From Batkoa obscura (taxonomy: Eukaryota), in contig JASVEC010000001.1 of assembly GCA_030770535.1 (NCBI GenBank), positions 2,356,001-2,420,000 of the forward strand: a stretch of 64,000 bases of DNA, read 5' to 3'. Of this stretch, positions 36,422 through 50,036 are shown piece after piece. Position 1 is the stretch's first letter. Each line of letters opens with the position of its first letter. The notes beneath the pieces were generated by a model that was given only the letters and a program-made list of their open reading frames with translations, was not told the origin of the DNA and did no database searches. Made by a program: the position numbers and the translations under genes.

Positions 36422-36520
36422 AAGGGTGTTTTTTTTGGCCTCATTGCTTTTTCTATTTTTTAAGTGCTATTTGAGTGGGAAAATTGTTAGCAAAGTTCTT
36501 AAATATAAAAGCATATCCTC
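36422..36520 (-). mobile_element. MITE family 1 copy
   Basis: Reverse orientation; ATAT/ATAT flanks. Confidence 0.85.
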
Positions 36521-36795
36521 ATATATTGGTTCTACCTAAGGATTGATGTTTTTATGGCTTTGGTTTATAAAATTATGAACTCAACACAAACACTATTAAA
36601 ATGTTTTTTTTTATATTTACAGCCTTTAGAAATCTTTTACGATATAATTAATTCTTTTAAGATTTTTTTGAAATAAAATTTAGTTAAATATAAAGTTTAG
36701 GCCTTAATAAAACTATCTATATAAATAATTTATAAAAATCGTTGCCAAAAAAAAACCTAAAAGTTGCAACAATTATAATTTAGAGTAAATCATAT

Positions 36796-36874
36796 GAGAA
36801 TATTTTGTTTTTATATCTTGTAAATTATGCCACACAGAAAATGGACAAAATAGTAAAGCAATAAAAGTATTCCT
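36796..36874 (+). mobile_element. MITE family 1 copy (highly degenerate, shortened)
   Basis: GAGAATATTTTG...AAAATGGACAAAATAGTAAAGC...TTCCT; ATAT/ATAT flanks. Confidence 0.5.
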
Positions 36875-37217
36875 ATATGATTCTTACAAATTTGACCTAG
36901 ACCAAACTATAAAGCTTTATCTACAATTTTCCTCTTGACACGATTGTAAAATAAGCTAGATTTGATTCAATGTTAATTTGATTAACATTGTAAATATCTT
37001 TAGTTTCATTATCTTATCCATTAAATTACTAAGAAGAATTTTTTTGAATAAAGTTCTAAACAAAAAACAAAAGACTCTATTCTTAAAATAAAAAATGCTC
37101 AAAGTAAAAAGTGGTAATTGAATAAATAGTTTTGCTTGATGAAGGGTCCAGTTTGAGTTGAAGTTACTCTGTAATGATTTCTAATGCTCAAGTTTAAGAA
37201 ACACTCGTTTAATAAAA

Positions 37218-37310
37218 GGAAATGTTTCTTTGATTTCACTTCATCCCTTTTTATGCAATATCGATATTAGATAATTTGTTAGTAAATACTGAAGTAAAAA
37301 AGGTATCTCC
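37218..37310 (-). mobile_element. MITE family 1 copy (highly degenerate)
   Basis: GGAAATGTTTCTTTGATTTCAC...AATTTGTTAGTAAA...AAAAAAGGTATCTCC. Confidence 0.45.
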
Positions 37311-37557
37311 AGCCCTATTCTTATCTAACTAGATCCTATTCTAAGTGATGATAATTTGTTTAAAAAAGCAAAAGTTCTTAGCTACAATATTAGCTTTTAT
37401 ATTTAAATTTTTTAATACATAGCTCTTATTATTCCAATTACATCAATTATTTTTTGAAAAAGCCTGCTATTTATGGACTGGCCTAATAGAGCTATTTCTT
37501 ATACTAAAGTTTACAAGTTCTCTTGCATATATGAACCCACCTAATATAAAAATAAAA

Positions 37558-38550
37558 ATGACATTGCTTAATGACAATGATAATTCACAACCCTCTGGTA
37601 ATAGTATTCAACATGGATTTCAATTAGATTCTAAATTGATTCATTTAAACAATAGTACCTTTGGCGCAGCTCCTAAGAGCGTAGAGGAAGTCGAATTAGC
37701 TGGTTAGATGAAATAGAGTCGAATTCCGATTTAATGATATATAACATATTTCATTCGCTTTTAGAGAAGTCTTTAGGAGAGATAGCAAATATGGTCGATA
37801 CAAATCCACAGAGTATTCTGTTTATAAATAATCCCACTCAAAGCGCTAATACCATTTTAAGAAGTTTAAATTTAGCCGAGAAAGATACTTTGTTTTATTT
37901 AAATATTGGTCATAGTTCAGTGAATGTACTAGTTCAATTTTTGAAAAAGAAGCAAGGAGCTAACTTGATTGAATTTAGACACAAATCTGTTAGTGATAAA
38001 AGTTAATTGAGTCAGTGAAACAAGCTATTAAAGAAGTAGAATCAAAATCTATTAAAATAATAGTAGCTGTTTTGGATAAAATTATATGTTCGTCTGGATT
38101 TATACTACTTTATGAAGAGTTTGGTGCTATATTTGAATAACACGGTACCAAATTAGTAGTTGATGGAGTATATGCTCTTGGACAAATTATACTTAATTCA
38201 TCAAAAAACAAAGTTAATCTTTTTACGACTATATTATATGAATGGGGCTACGCTTATCGTCCTACCTCTGTATTGTACGTTAGAAAAGAGTATCAGTCCA
38301 TTATTCATCCCACAGTTATTGCAGTTGGTTATGGGTCAAATAATTTTCAAACTACTTTTCAGTGGCCAGGTACTATTGATTTTTCATGTTGGTTAGCAAC
38401 AGATGCTTCTTTAGATTTTATCGAGAAATATGGACAGGATAATATTATCAACTATATTCATAATTTGGCATGGGAAGGAGGCCAACGAGTAGCTAAATTA
38501 ATTGGGGGTAAAGTTTTAGGCGAGGAACACCAAAGTGGGAATATGGTTAA
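37558..38550 (+). pseudogene. Inverted, frameshifted and 3'-truncated copy of the Egt2-like gene
   Basis: MTLLNDND...FQLDSKLIHLNNSTFGAAPKSV aligns to the 34267-35490 protein. Frameshifts near 37685 and 38000 plus a stop near 38140. 38241-38550 matches 34808-34499 with one mismatch. Confidence 0.92.
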
Positions 38551-38836
38551 CTATTTTTATTTAAAATAGATATTAAGCTATAGCTTAAAATAGCAGAAAA
38601 AAGGATCCATTTTAAATATGTTAGACTGATTTCTAAGTTGTATTTTGATTATTAAAATAATTTAAAATATTTATACTAAATTTAAAATAAAACATGCTTA
38701 TTAAATAAAAGCAGCCTTGTATTTCGTATATTTTATAAACTAAAGTTCTGCTACTTATAATTTAAACACTTAGGTCAATCTAGGTACAACATTTGATCCC
38801 AAATACTCGAAATAATTTCTTAACTTATTCACATAT

Positions 38837-38935
38837 GTAGATATTTTTTTGGCTTTATCACTTTTTCGATTTTTTAAGCACTATTTCAATGGAAAAATTG
38901 TTAGTAAAATTCTTTAATACAAAAAATACATTCTC
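38837..38935 (-). mobile_element. MITE family 1 copy
   Basis: Reverse orientation; flanks ATAT/ATAA. Confidence 0.8.
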
Positions 38936-40171
38936 ATAATGTTTTGTTCTATTGCTTAAACTATGATTTTTCTTAAATTTGCGTCAGGTAGCAGAAATGA
39001 ACAAATAATGAAGGAAGTAAAGCAACCCCAATATATAAATTTTACAAATTCAAACTAAAACAGAAAAGTTTTATCTTTTAGCTTTAACTAAGCTTTTCAA
39101 CTTATAGCTTATATGATAGACTAGCAAAACTAATTATTAAAGACAACTAAAATAGTGTAGATTCAATTCAATAAACAATCTCATGTTTATTCCTATTATT
39201 TACTAAACTATGAGGCATAAAAATTTGATTATAAAATTCGAATGTAAATATGCTTTAACACCTGAAGTTCAAAATAAAAGATAGTAACAAAAGGGATATT
39301 AAAATAAAAACATTTATTAATAAGAATATAACTTCTACTAAATTAAACTAATGATCGGATACCTAAAAATAAAAATATAAATAGCTGTTCACTCTTAAAT
39401 TAGAGATATAAATAAGATAAATCAGAGGTAGAATGTTGATCATAAGTTGACGGAGCCGAAAACAATAAATTGTTAATGACCCAACTAGAAAGTCATGTAC
39501 TTAGTTCCTATCTTAAAAAACAAACCAGAAAACCTAGTCTGAACCAAGTATGAAATATAGTACTACACTTAATAATTGCAACTATAAAGATTGCTCTTAG
39601 TTCATAGAATGGATAAACTAGGGTGTCATCATTGTATTTTTATTTCTCAAATAACTGGTTAATTACTTACATTATAAAGAAAAGCTAACGAAGCTCAATA
39701 GATTTTTTTTGTGTTTTTATATACCTTGTAAAATTAAACGAATTTTTGAACCAATCAGAAAATTTTTGTTTCTTTGAAAAATGAAATCAACTTGTAAAAA
39801 TAAGAACTTATCCAAAAATATATGGGATAGATCCTTCTGAATAATGCTATAAATATAATAACAAAATGTTACTACCGACCTACACTATTGGAAGGACTAA
39901 TTATTTAATTCAATATTTATTATTAGCTTTTATATCGAAATCTTAGTCATTACATAATTTATAGTTTTGAAACATATATTTGTTAATCCAATTATATTTT
40001 TAAAATAATTTTATTGATATTCTATTTAAAGTTATATTTTAGTGTGATTACACTACTTCAATTTATTAAATAATTTATGTAAAAGAAATAAAAGAAAGAT
40101 ACATTAACTAAGTTTAACTTGAAAGTTCATCAAAAACTATATCTTAATATTAGCAATATTATACAATATAT

Positions 40172-40266
40172 GGTGAAGTTTTTTTGGCTTCATCATTTTT
40201 TCCATCTTTTGAGCAATATTTGAGTAGAAAAATTGTTAGTAAACTTAAGGACAAAAATACATCTCC
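40172..40266 (-). mobile_element. MITE family 1 copy
   Basis: Reverse orientation; ends ACAAAAATACATCTCC. Confidence 0.8.
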
Positions 40267-40700
40267 GTTATTAGTTAATACTTGATGAAATTTTTAGATT
40301 TATTTCGGTAGAATAAATGTTCTGAAATTTTAAAATAAAATTTTGTCTCATTTAACATAAACCATTATAAATTGATAACAGTACATCATAACTACTTTAA
40401 AAAAGTATTAAATAGAATGATCTTACGAATACAACTATAAATTTACCTATAAATTATTTATTAATGATATACGAAATGCCATACAATAATATACAATAAT
40501 ATAGTTTAAAAAATACCAAATTAAATAATAGCCAATAAAATATCGAAATACTAACCTTTAATTGACTAAAAAAACAAAGTAAAAGTGCAACAAATAAGCT
40601 AAAGTTTTCTATAATGTTAAAATTAAGGCCTAATTATGCTCTCTCTCTGTTTTAATACCTTCGGTTTTTCGGTCAACGATCATAGCAAAACAACTAAATT

Positions 40701-41309
40701 ATGGTATGTAGCTTAATAACCTAGTATAAAAATGGATTTTAAGATGGATGTAAAAAAACAAATTAATAAAGTGAGAAGAAATGGATTAAAAGAAAAGAAA
40801 AATATGAGATCAAATGTTAATCTTAACCCATTAGGCTGATAGTAGTGTAACCATTAGAACTCGTAAGTTCATCTCCAACCCTCTTCTTCAACGTAAGCAA
40901 ATGGTAAGCTAAATCTATATATAAGAGAGGACAATTTTTAAGCAAAGTCAAGGTTGTTGATGTTATCCATCCAAATCGTGCCAATGTAGCCAAGGGCGAA
41001 TTAAATGAAAAACTTGGTAAAGTATTCAAGACTGATGCCCAAAACGTATTCACTTTTGGATTCAAAACTGTCTTCGGTGGAGGTCGTTCTACTGGATTCG
41101 CCCTTGTTTATGACTCTTTAGAATCAGCTAAGAAATTCGAACCTAAATTCCGTTTAGCTCGTGTAACTATATTTTACAATTTAAAATTACTAGTTTGAAA
41201 CTGAATATTTTTATAGAAAAACATCGCTGAAAATCCAAAGACTGGTCGTAAACAACGTAAAGAACGTAAGAACCGTGATAAGAAGTTCCGTGGAACTAAG
41301 AAAAATTAA
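40701..41309 (+). CDS. RPS24: 40S ribosomal protein eS24, 4 exons
   Basis: [44 protein letters not shown]...[20 protein letters not shown]...[10 protein letters not shown]. Confidence 0.97.
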
Positions 41310-42118
41310 AGTTGTTTCTCAAAATTTATTTGATGTAATAAAAGCAACCTGTTGCCCAATACTAATATAAAATTAAATTATTAAAAGAGTTAGTTAGGTA
41401 ACTAAACATGTTTAATTTTTTTTAATATAGTTTTTAGCGTCAATTATAGTATAAGATTAAATATAATGGAAAATAATAATTAAGATTTATGGATTTATTT
41501 TTGAGACAATGAAATATGAATATCAAAGAATTGGATTTATCAAAACCAATACAAGGATTCGAAAGCTTCATTAATATAGGGACCATTAGTAAATATAGCG
41601 GTTTAAACGAAGATGTTGATCATTTAATAACATGTTTAGTGAATATTATAACTAATGTTAGTTTGAAATGATATCTATATTCATATTATAGAAAAGCGAG
41701 CTTCAGCATTTATGAGTTACTATGAAATTATAAAACCAAATAAAGGTCTTTACAGAAAAACAGTATTATAGTTTTAAACTTTATCTGTATTTGTTTTTAT
41801 TTATCTTTTTTATGTTATCATAATTTAAGTCTAAACTTAAAGTTTATATTAGATCCTCAATTAGTAGGCATTTAAAATTGTTAAAAAATTATCTAATACA
41901 ATATATTATATAAGATTATTCATAGATTAAGGTAATAATAGTTTGATTTTTGAATACTACTGAAATTAAAATTTTTAGCTGGAAAAAACAAGATAGACCA
42001 TTAATAAATGGAACATTTAATTTATTCAAAACAAAATAAATGAATTATGTATTAGAATAAGGGTTGATAGACAAAAATATATCAAAGTATAATTCTTTAA
42101 CATTTAATTCAATTATGT

Positions 42119-43402
42119 TTAAAAAATCACATCCTCATCTTTATCATCATCAAGTAAATTAGTTGGTGTATCTTCAATAAGTCCATTATCAATAAGTTGA
42201 GATTCTTTATTGTCTTCTTCTTCCTTAGTTTCGTCCTTGACTTCTTTAACTTCTTCTTCGCCCTCTCCTTCAACGTCTTTATTTTCTTCTTTTATATCTC
42301 CATGGTTTTCTTCATTCTCTTTACTTTCTTCACCAGATTGAGATATAGGAATTGACTCCACTGTAGCTTTAGCAACATTATTTGAATTAGCTTTTGCTAG
42401 TGCTTGATTAGCTTTTAATACTCTAAGTTCTTCAGCTTCAATATCTTTGTCTCTCTTCTTTTTACCTTGAACTTTCTTTAATCTAAAAATGGTTATATTT
42501 TATATAAAATTTAATCAGTGCTTTAATACCTGAAAAATTCTTCACGATCTTGTTCATCTAACTCAGATATAATATAACTAATTGTGTTTTCAATACGTGG
42601 AATAATGACATGTTCAATCGCATTTACTCTACGATTAGTTAACTTGATTACTTCATCTAAAATTACAAAAGCAGTCTTTATAAAACAATTAATCATGTAT
42701 TTTAGTTTGATAATCAAATCTACCTGAAGGGAAGCGAGTTCAACTAAAGTTTCTACTGCTTTTACATAAGTGTCCTTACACCTTTGAATCTTTTGTCCAC
42801 CTCTTCCAAGACCAGCAAGTTCAAAAACTGAATAAATTATTAGCATTAATATATGTTACTTAACAGAATCAAGGTATTGATTATAGGTTACCATCATTGC
42901 CTTCATGGTAAGCTTCAAAAGTTGGAAGCATCACACCAGAAACATTCTCTTGATTAGTACGTACTCGAAACTGAGCACTTTTAACATTTTCTCTAACCTG
43001 ATAACTAAAAACGGATTATAAAGGATTTTTTTACTTATTTGCAATAAATCTTACCTTATATCCCCAGCCGCATATACTACTTCCGCTAAAGAAAAAGAAG
43101 CATTTTGCATTAATCTACCCATTTGTTTCTTTGCCTTTTTTTAAAAATTATTAATTAGTCGTCTACTCCATTCAAAATCTATTTTAATTACCGTTTCAAT
43201 CTTGGTAACGATATCACGAAATCTTTTAGTTAAAGCTTCACTTTTTCTCTTTAAAAGACTATGCCCCGTTTGAGCTCCTTTCAATTTAAGCTTCATTGTG
43301 GTTAATGCCCTAGTAAGAAATTACTTTTGGAAATAGTTTATTTCTAAATCATAGAGCTTACATTCGAGTTGGGAATATAGCTAATCGATTACTCGTTGCC
43401 AT
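42119..43402 (-). CDS. VMA8: V-ATPase V1 subunit D, multi-exon
   Basis: [77 protein letters not shown]; ends DEDVIF. Confidence 0.96.
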
Positions 43403-44002
43403 TTTGATCGTTTCTTAATATTTAAAAAAGAGTGTTTGGAGCCACAGCATTCAGCTTGACGTAATATGGTAGGTTGGAAGTTAGCTTTTAGCTATCCAAT
43501 GAAATACTGAAAATGAAATCATACTTGAGTTTTAACAAATGAATTGGAATTTATAGTGACTAAACCCAATAAAATGGGTGAAATTTTATTAATTTTTGGG
43601 ACCAGCTACTTTACCAGCGTTTTCTATTGTTAGTTGCTTTGTATATGTGTGTTGATATTATTTCATATATCAAGTATAAATGAGGAATTCAAATATTTCA
43701 CTTATTAGTTAAAATTAACTTTAATTGATCATGTTAAATAATCAACATCTTATATTATATTTTATTAATTATATAACTTTAGTAATAGTTTAAGTGTTAA
43801 AATACTAAAAATCAAAATATTCAAAATAAAAAATTGAGATAAAATGTTTTATTTAACTTGTAGAAAAAAGTAGTTACAAGTAATATAAATATATAAAAAA
43901 GCAAGTTTTTTTACAAGCTCTAATTTCAATCGAGCCCATTTTTACCAAGGATAATTGCATACCACCAAATAATCAAAATAAGTTATAAAATATACACATA
44001 AG

Positions 44003-45425
44003 TTAAGACACTGTGGGTGCGGATGCATCAAAAGCCATAGCACCATTAAGTGAATCATTGCTAGGAATACGGGAAAGGGAGTGTTGTAGAATGGAGTTTA
44101 GTACATTCATTTTGTCTGGCGGACACCCCTCCCTTTTCTGCTTGTATCGAGTTTGACTTCCCGGTCTTGATAGTGACCGACGAGGTTTAGAAGTTCGTAT
44201 AAAGTCACCTGAATAGCGCCTAAGCTCTTCACAATAAAACTCGGGTATTTCTACAGTACCAGCCGAAAAGCTGACACGTCTTGATGAATAAGGTGAATTG
44301 TCTGATGCGGTATCTTGTCGGCGATGTGGTCTTTGTTTTTTAACTTCAGACCAACGGAATCTATTAGCTTCTAAATTATCTAAAAATACAACGCAAGGAG
44401 GTAGAAGGCGGGCTAAAATTTCAAAGAAGGGTCTAACAATGAATTCATCAAAGTCTAAAGCAATTTGAGGTTGACTTGAAACATTACGATCCATATTACA
44501 TGATATTGGTAAACTATTCCTTTTTTCTAAATCACCTTGATGAAAAAATTCTTGTACAACCATATCAGACCAAGATTTACATAAGGACCAGGGTCGAACT
44601 GCATTACTTATATCTGCTGCATGTAACAAAAGTTCACAAAGCTTACGCCTAAATTCTTCTATATTTAATTCGTTGTTGGACTCTGGTTTACAATTTGCAT
44701 CTATAGTAGAACGAGCAGGGGATGAAGGCCATTCATCAAGAATATGAGACAAATCTTCCAAAAGTGTAAAATGATGTGCCATATCGGTTGACAATATATT
44801 TTCTACAATCATATCTTCTAAATTGTTAACTGATAGTGGACATTTTGAATTTCCTTTTCTTAATAATTGATGTTTAGCTAATAAATTCCCAGTAAGGCAA
44901 CATGAATGATTTTCTAAAACCGATATGTCTTCAAAAGCCAATGCAAGTTCAGTACGAGCATTAATTTGATAAAGATTATTAAGCCCAGGCTATAAAAGGT
45001 TAATATATATATAACTATATAAAATACAAACTTACGTGGCCAATATCGTGACAGAGTCCAGCTATAATCAGAGCTAGAACACTAGGTTGATCTAAATAAT
45101 TTTTGATGTTTAAGTCGACTAAGAAATAGTATAACATTGCACAGACGTCTACTGCATGTAAAAAAGAGTGATAAGGGTTACAAAAATAACCTTTTTCAAC
45201 ATCTGCAATAAATGCTAATATTTCTTCTTTCGTTGATCCAATATAATTTATAAGCTCTAATTTTTCGAATATTGCTAAAACAGTGCCACACAAATCCCCC
45301 GTATTTAAATTCCAAGCATTGAAATTGAGGTCCAATTGGATTGCTTCTTCATCTCCAGAGATGATTGTATTAAATGTATCCCAAGCAGCATCAAGTTGAT
45401 CTGAAGTTAAATCTATAGTGGACAT
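44003..45425 (-). CDS. Class I cyclic-nucleotide phosphodiesterase (intron 45035-44990)
   Basis: NPYHSFLHAVDV; HDIGH|PGLNNLY; ILSTDMAHH; HAADISN; EFFHQGDLE. Confidence 0.93.
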
Positions 45426-47459
45426 GTTTAATTGTTATTTTAAATGAAGTAAGTATAAAACTTTAGTTGAAATCAATTTAATGGAAATAGATGTGATATA
45501 TGCAATAGAACATCTAATAATGTAAGAATGATAATTAAATGCTTCTATTAATCAAAATGAAGACTAAAAGAACGAAATGAAATAAATCTCAAATGGTTAA
45601 AATAGGGATTGACAAAGACGTTTAAAAGGAAATATAATTTCAAAAAAATAAATTCCAAGTTGGCAATAATTGGTATTTTATATGAAGTTAAATTTCAATT
45701 GATTTTAAAATCAAATCAGTTGATATTACTAAAATTAGAGTGTGCTAAAAGATAAAGTTCAATTGATTGGTAGCTAATTAGAATTGGGTGTCAGTTACAA
45801 CCAATAAGGCTTTAAAAGAAAGTTAGATTTGAAACCTAAGCAAAAACTGGATCAATTTTTAGCCAACTTTAAGAATAAACACTTCCTTTCCTTATCATTG
45901 AAATTCATAAATGAATTCAAGATTACTTGTGACTATTAATTTATGATACGAATTCGGAACAATTAATGTCATCAAAATAGCTGAAAACTAGGGGTTAATT
46001 ATTTCAAACAATGAAAGCCTTGAAAAGTAGAATGATCCACCAATCAAATGGATTTTAATCGAATTTTAAAGAAATTTGGCTTATAAAGTTAAATGAAAGT
46101 TGATTTTTAAACTTCGGAAATAAAGTTTAGTTACTTGTGCTTTTAACTCCACATTTTATTTTGCTTTGAATTAATATACAAATAATACAAATATAATAGA
46201 ATATTTTATTGTGATTTATAATGAAGATTAATGACTTTATTTAATAGATTAGATTTATAATATAACTAATAACATTTCTATTCTATAAAAGAAGCCACAC
46301 CTAATTAATTTGTATAATGAATTCTTTTTGAGCTTTCAAACTTCAGTTTCCATTTTTGACAAATCACGTTGATTTCTTCTAGAATTGTTTAAGCGATTGT
46401 TTTTATTATAAAGATTAATATCTTTCTTATATTCCATGATAAAATAATATTTTAATAAAATAATTTTAAAGTCAAATAAACTCAATAAATTTAAATCGTC
46501 ATTATGATTCAAAATAATTAATAATAAAATAGATTGTGAGAAAGAAGCAAGGATTATTAACTTCAAATATGAACTTAAAATTAAAGCCTCCCTATTACTT
46601 TCTAAAATTAAAATAGACAACAGCTTTGAAGTCTAAAACTCATTAATTATTGGATAAATTTATTTACCACAATGCATCATTCCCATTGTGCTTAAAAAAA
46701 CAAAAATTGAGGTAAATTGATGGATTGATAGATTAATAGAAAACTTCCTTGTGTTTTAGATGTATACCGTTCTATAATTGTAACTACTATCTTTTATAAC
46801 ACAATATATGTTATTAAGAACTATTGTCCTCCGACTATATTAAGTAAAATAAAACATTAACATCATTGAAAAATGAAGTTTTAAATGATGAAAATTAACT
46901 TAATTATTTTAATGAATTGATTTATTTATTAAAATCTATTAAACGTTATAACTTTTAAGCTTTCTATCCCTGAAATATTTTAATATTATTGAAATATGAA
47001 TTAGTTGAAAATATGATTTGAATAAAATCTATGTTAGTTTATAATAGTATAAAAATTTAATAAATATCAGTAAATAACATGCTATAAATTAGAGTTTTAT
47101 TATAATAAGAGCAGTTATAAAGCATATTACTATACATTTCATTTGAGTATAACTCTCATCTTAAGCTTTGATGTTCTATATATCAATTCATTCTATACAA
47201 ATACCAAAAAACATACTATTATAAATTATTTCACTTTTAAAAGCAATGACTCCCTGGTCACTCACATATTATAGTTTCAAGTAGGAAGTACCCTAATGTT
47301 AAAGTTATTGGGTGGGATATCTCTATGACAGTCATAAAGTTTTATCACCTATGAATACATATTTAAAAGGTAAAAAATGATATTAAGATTAGTAATTAAA
47401 ATGTTCGAAAATAGAACGAATAAGAAAGGATATAGGTAAGCGGTTAAATAAGATCATAT

Positions 47460-47558
47460 GGAGATGTATTTTTGTATTCAAGATTTTTACTAACAAATTT
47501 TCCACTTAAATAGCGCTTAAAAAATGGAAAAAATAATGAAGTCGAAAAAAACACTCCC
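47460..47558 (+). mobile_element. MITE family 1 copy (near consensus)
   Basis: ATAT-GGAGATGT...ACACTCCC-ATAC. Confidence 0.9.
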
Positions 47559-47763
47559 ATACATTTAGACAAAAGTAAAGTATTGAGTTAGAGGTGGTAG
47601 CTATAACTATATTAAGAGGCTTTAAAGCCAATAAGAGGTTTAGATCAAGTTAATCTTTTATCACATTTCATAAAATAATTCGATATATAGTTTATAATAA
47701 CTTTCAAAACAGTATTTGAAATTTTGATATAATTGAATTCTATATAAATTAAAATAAAGAAAT

Positions 47764-47854
47764 GAGGGTGTATTTTAAGAATTTCACTAACAGTTTTTCC
47801 ACCTAAATAGCGTTTAAAAAATGAAAAAGTAATATAATAAAAAAAAACACCCTC
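47764..47854 (+). mobile_element. MITE family 1 copy with AAAT target duplication
   Basis: AAAT-GAGGGTGT...ACACCCTC-AAAT. Confidence 0.85.
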
Positions 47855-48486
47855 AAATATTTAAATTTATCATTTATTCATTAATATTTATTTTAAGAGT
47901 CTTCTATTATAACTGTTATTTTAAAACGCAAATTATACTAAAATGTAATTATAACTTAATTAAGTATCATTGGTACCCAAATGGTTAAAAGTGAGTATAT
48001 ATAATAATATAGATTCAATAAAATAAACTTTAACTTACAGAGTTGTAGTTGAATAAAGTAACAAAATAAAAACCTATCTGGATTTATGCCTCAAAGATTT
48101 AGGGAATTAGTATTTAAATAAGTAGACTAAAAACAAAATAATAAAAATCATACAAAAATAATATAAGAAATATGTTAAACTTTGAAGGCTAAATGACATC
48201 ATTTGTATACCATTCTCTAGAGATATCACATATTTTTTAAAATATAATTTAATTAATAAAACTTAATGATTACAAATCCATATTAATACTTTTATTAAAT
48301 AGTTGAATGATTAAATAGTTAAATTTAGCTATAGCATTTATAAAAAATAAACTACTCCCCTTAAGTTTTTAGCTTGATATTGAATCTATTTACCTATTTA
48401 CTATAATACTATTTTTAAAACATCAAACATTTTACAAGTAATCCTATTTGAACTTTAATAATTTTTATTTTTGCTTGAATCTATAG

Positions 48487-49543
48487 CTATTCATTTAACA
48501 AATCACATTCTTTTAATCCACGTATATATTGTATTAATTGTTTTGCATAATTTAAATTTTCATTTTCTTGTAACTAAAGAGATAAACGATCATTAATATG
48601 AAAAAAATATTAACTTCAATCAATATACTTACCATTGAATATAAATCTCCGTGCTTATGATTTCTTTTTTTAATTATTGGTTTATCCAATTTTATCTTTA
48701 AAAATAAAAATTATTAATTCAATTTCTTGTCTTGATAAAAAAACTAAATAATAACTTACTTTGTTTTTATTCTCTTTTTTATTACCCTTAGTTCTTATTT
48801 CTTTTCTCAAAATACTTTGTTCTTCTGGTGCTTCATCTGAGCTTATAACTTCATTATCTTGCCTTTGCTTTTTAGTTTCGGATTCCTTAATTAATGATAT
48901 CCCATCTTCACTATTAACTTTTAAATCTAACTCGAGATTTAGCTCATCTATATTATTTCCTACTTTTTCTTTAATGTCTTCAATTTCTGATTCTGTTCCA
49001 GAATTATTATAATCCACCAATCCAAGACTTGGTTTTGTTGTTTCAATTGAAGTCTATTGGTGTTGTTAATAATAGAATGAGGTTAATTTTAAAATTTACT
49101 TTTCCTTGCCTTAGACTTTGAGCTTCTAATTTCTAAATGTAAAAAAACTCGTTAATTAAATGAATATTCCATATTAATTGTCTCTATTTACTTTCTTGAC
49201 ATTCTTATCTGATGGCCAATTCTTTTTTCTATCTTGGATCCAAGCGTCCAATTCTTCTGCATTGCTTACTTTAATCCTTGGTAAATATTTCCTATTTCAG
49301 TCCTGTTAATTCCAACTCCTATTGATTTCAAAAGTTCTTCAACTTACTGTATTACTACTTCTTCCTCAGTCATACTTTGAGTTTTGTCCTTTCTTTTACT
49401 CCATCCTCTTTTACTTCCCCCTCGATTATTATTCCCTCTATAACCTCCTCTAATATTACCCCCGCCCCTTCTATTATTTGACTATTATCAGTTAATTGAC
49501 ATTCAAAATAACTTAATTCATATACTATTACTTGGTTATCCAT
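48487..49543 (-). CDS. NUFIP1/Rsa1-like box C/D snoRNP assembly factor, multi-exon
   Basis: Spliced IKVSNAEELDAWIQDRKKNWPS resembles the NUFIP1/Rsa1 PEP motif; RGG-rich start; SSDEAPEE; C-terminal LIQYIR. Confidence 0.72.
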
Positions 49544-49649
49544 TGAAAAATTAGAGTTTAGTTTTTCAATTTTTTCTTAAGTTGATTGCAAAATGTAGAA
49601 AAAAAAACTACTTTAAATAAACCTTCATTGGAAGGCAAAGAAATAGTGG

Positions 49650-49732
49650 GATCAGGTGGCCGAGTTGGTCTAAGGCGCCGTGTTAAGGCCGCGGTCTCTT
49701 CGGAGGCGTGGGTTCGAATCCCATCCTGATCA
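49650..49732 (+). tRNA. tRNA-Leu(AAG)
   Basis: GATCAGG/CCTGATC acceptor stem; TGGCCGAGTTGG A-box; CCGTG-TTAAGGC-CGCGG anticodon arm; long variable arm; GTTCGAATC. Confidence 0.93.
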
Positions 49733-50036
49733 TAATATTTTGAATATTATTGATTTTTATTTTTAATGCTAATCAAACTAAGATATTGCTTAGTGAACTC
49801 ATTAGCAAAATAATTATATATATTTAATAGTATTTTTTAATTAATGTCAGAAAATATGACATTCTTTTATGTTTGATAAATACTTCAATGATTTTTTAGT
49901 TTCATTTTAGCATATCTCAAATTCTATAGCTAAACCTAAAGTATCTATTTTAAATAATTAAGCTATTTTTTATCAAAATTAAAAATCAAAATAAAATCCA
50001 ATTAATACAACAATAAAATTTATTACCAAAACCACT

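Noticed and set aside
39420..39630. Slightly GC-richer intergenic island starting TGTTGA
   Set aside because: No matching LTR end, RNA fold or ORF that I could support.
41516..41671. Short ORF MNIKELDLSKP...KYSGLNEDVDHL, faintly gag-like
   Set aside because: About 51 codons with only impressionistic similarity; needs a profile search.
46336..46620. 94-aa ORF
   Set aside because: Non-ATG start, low complexity, no recognisable motif or splice partners.
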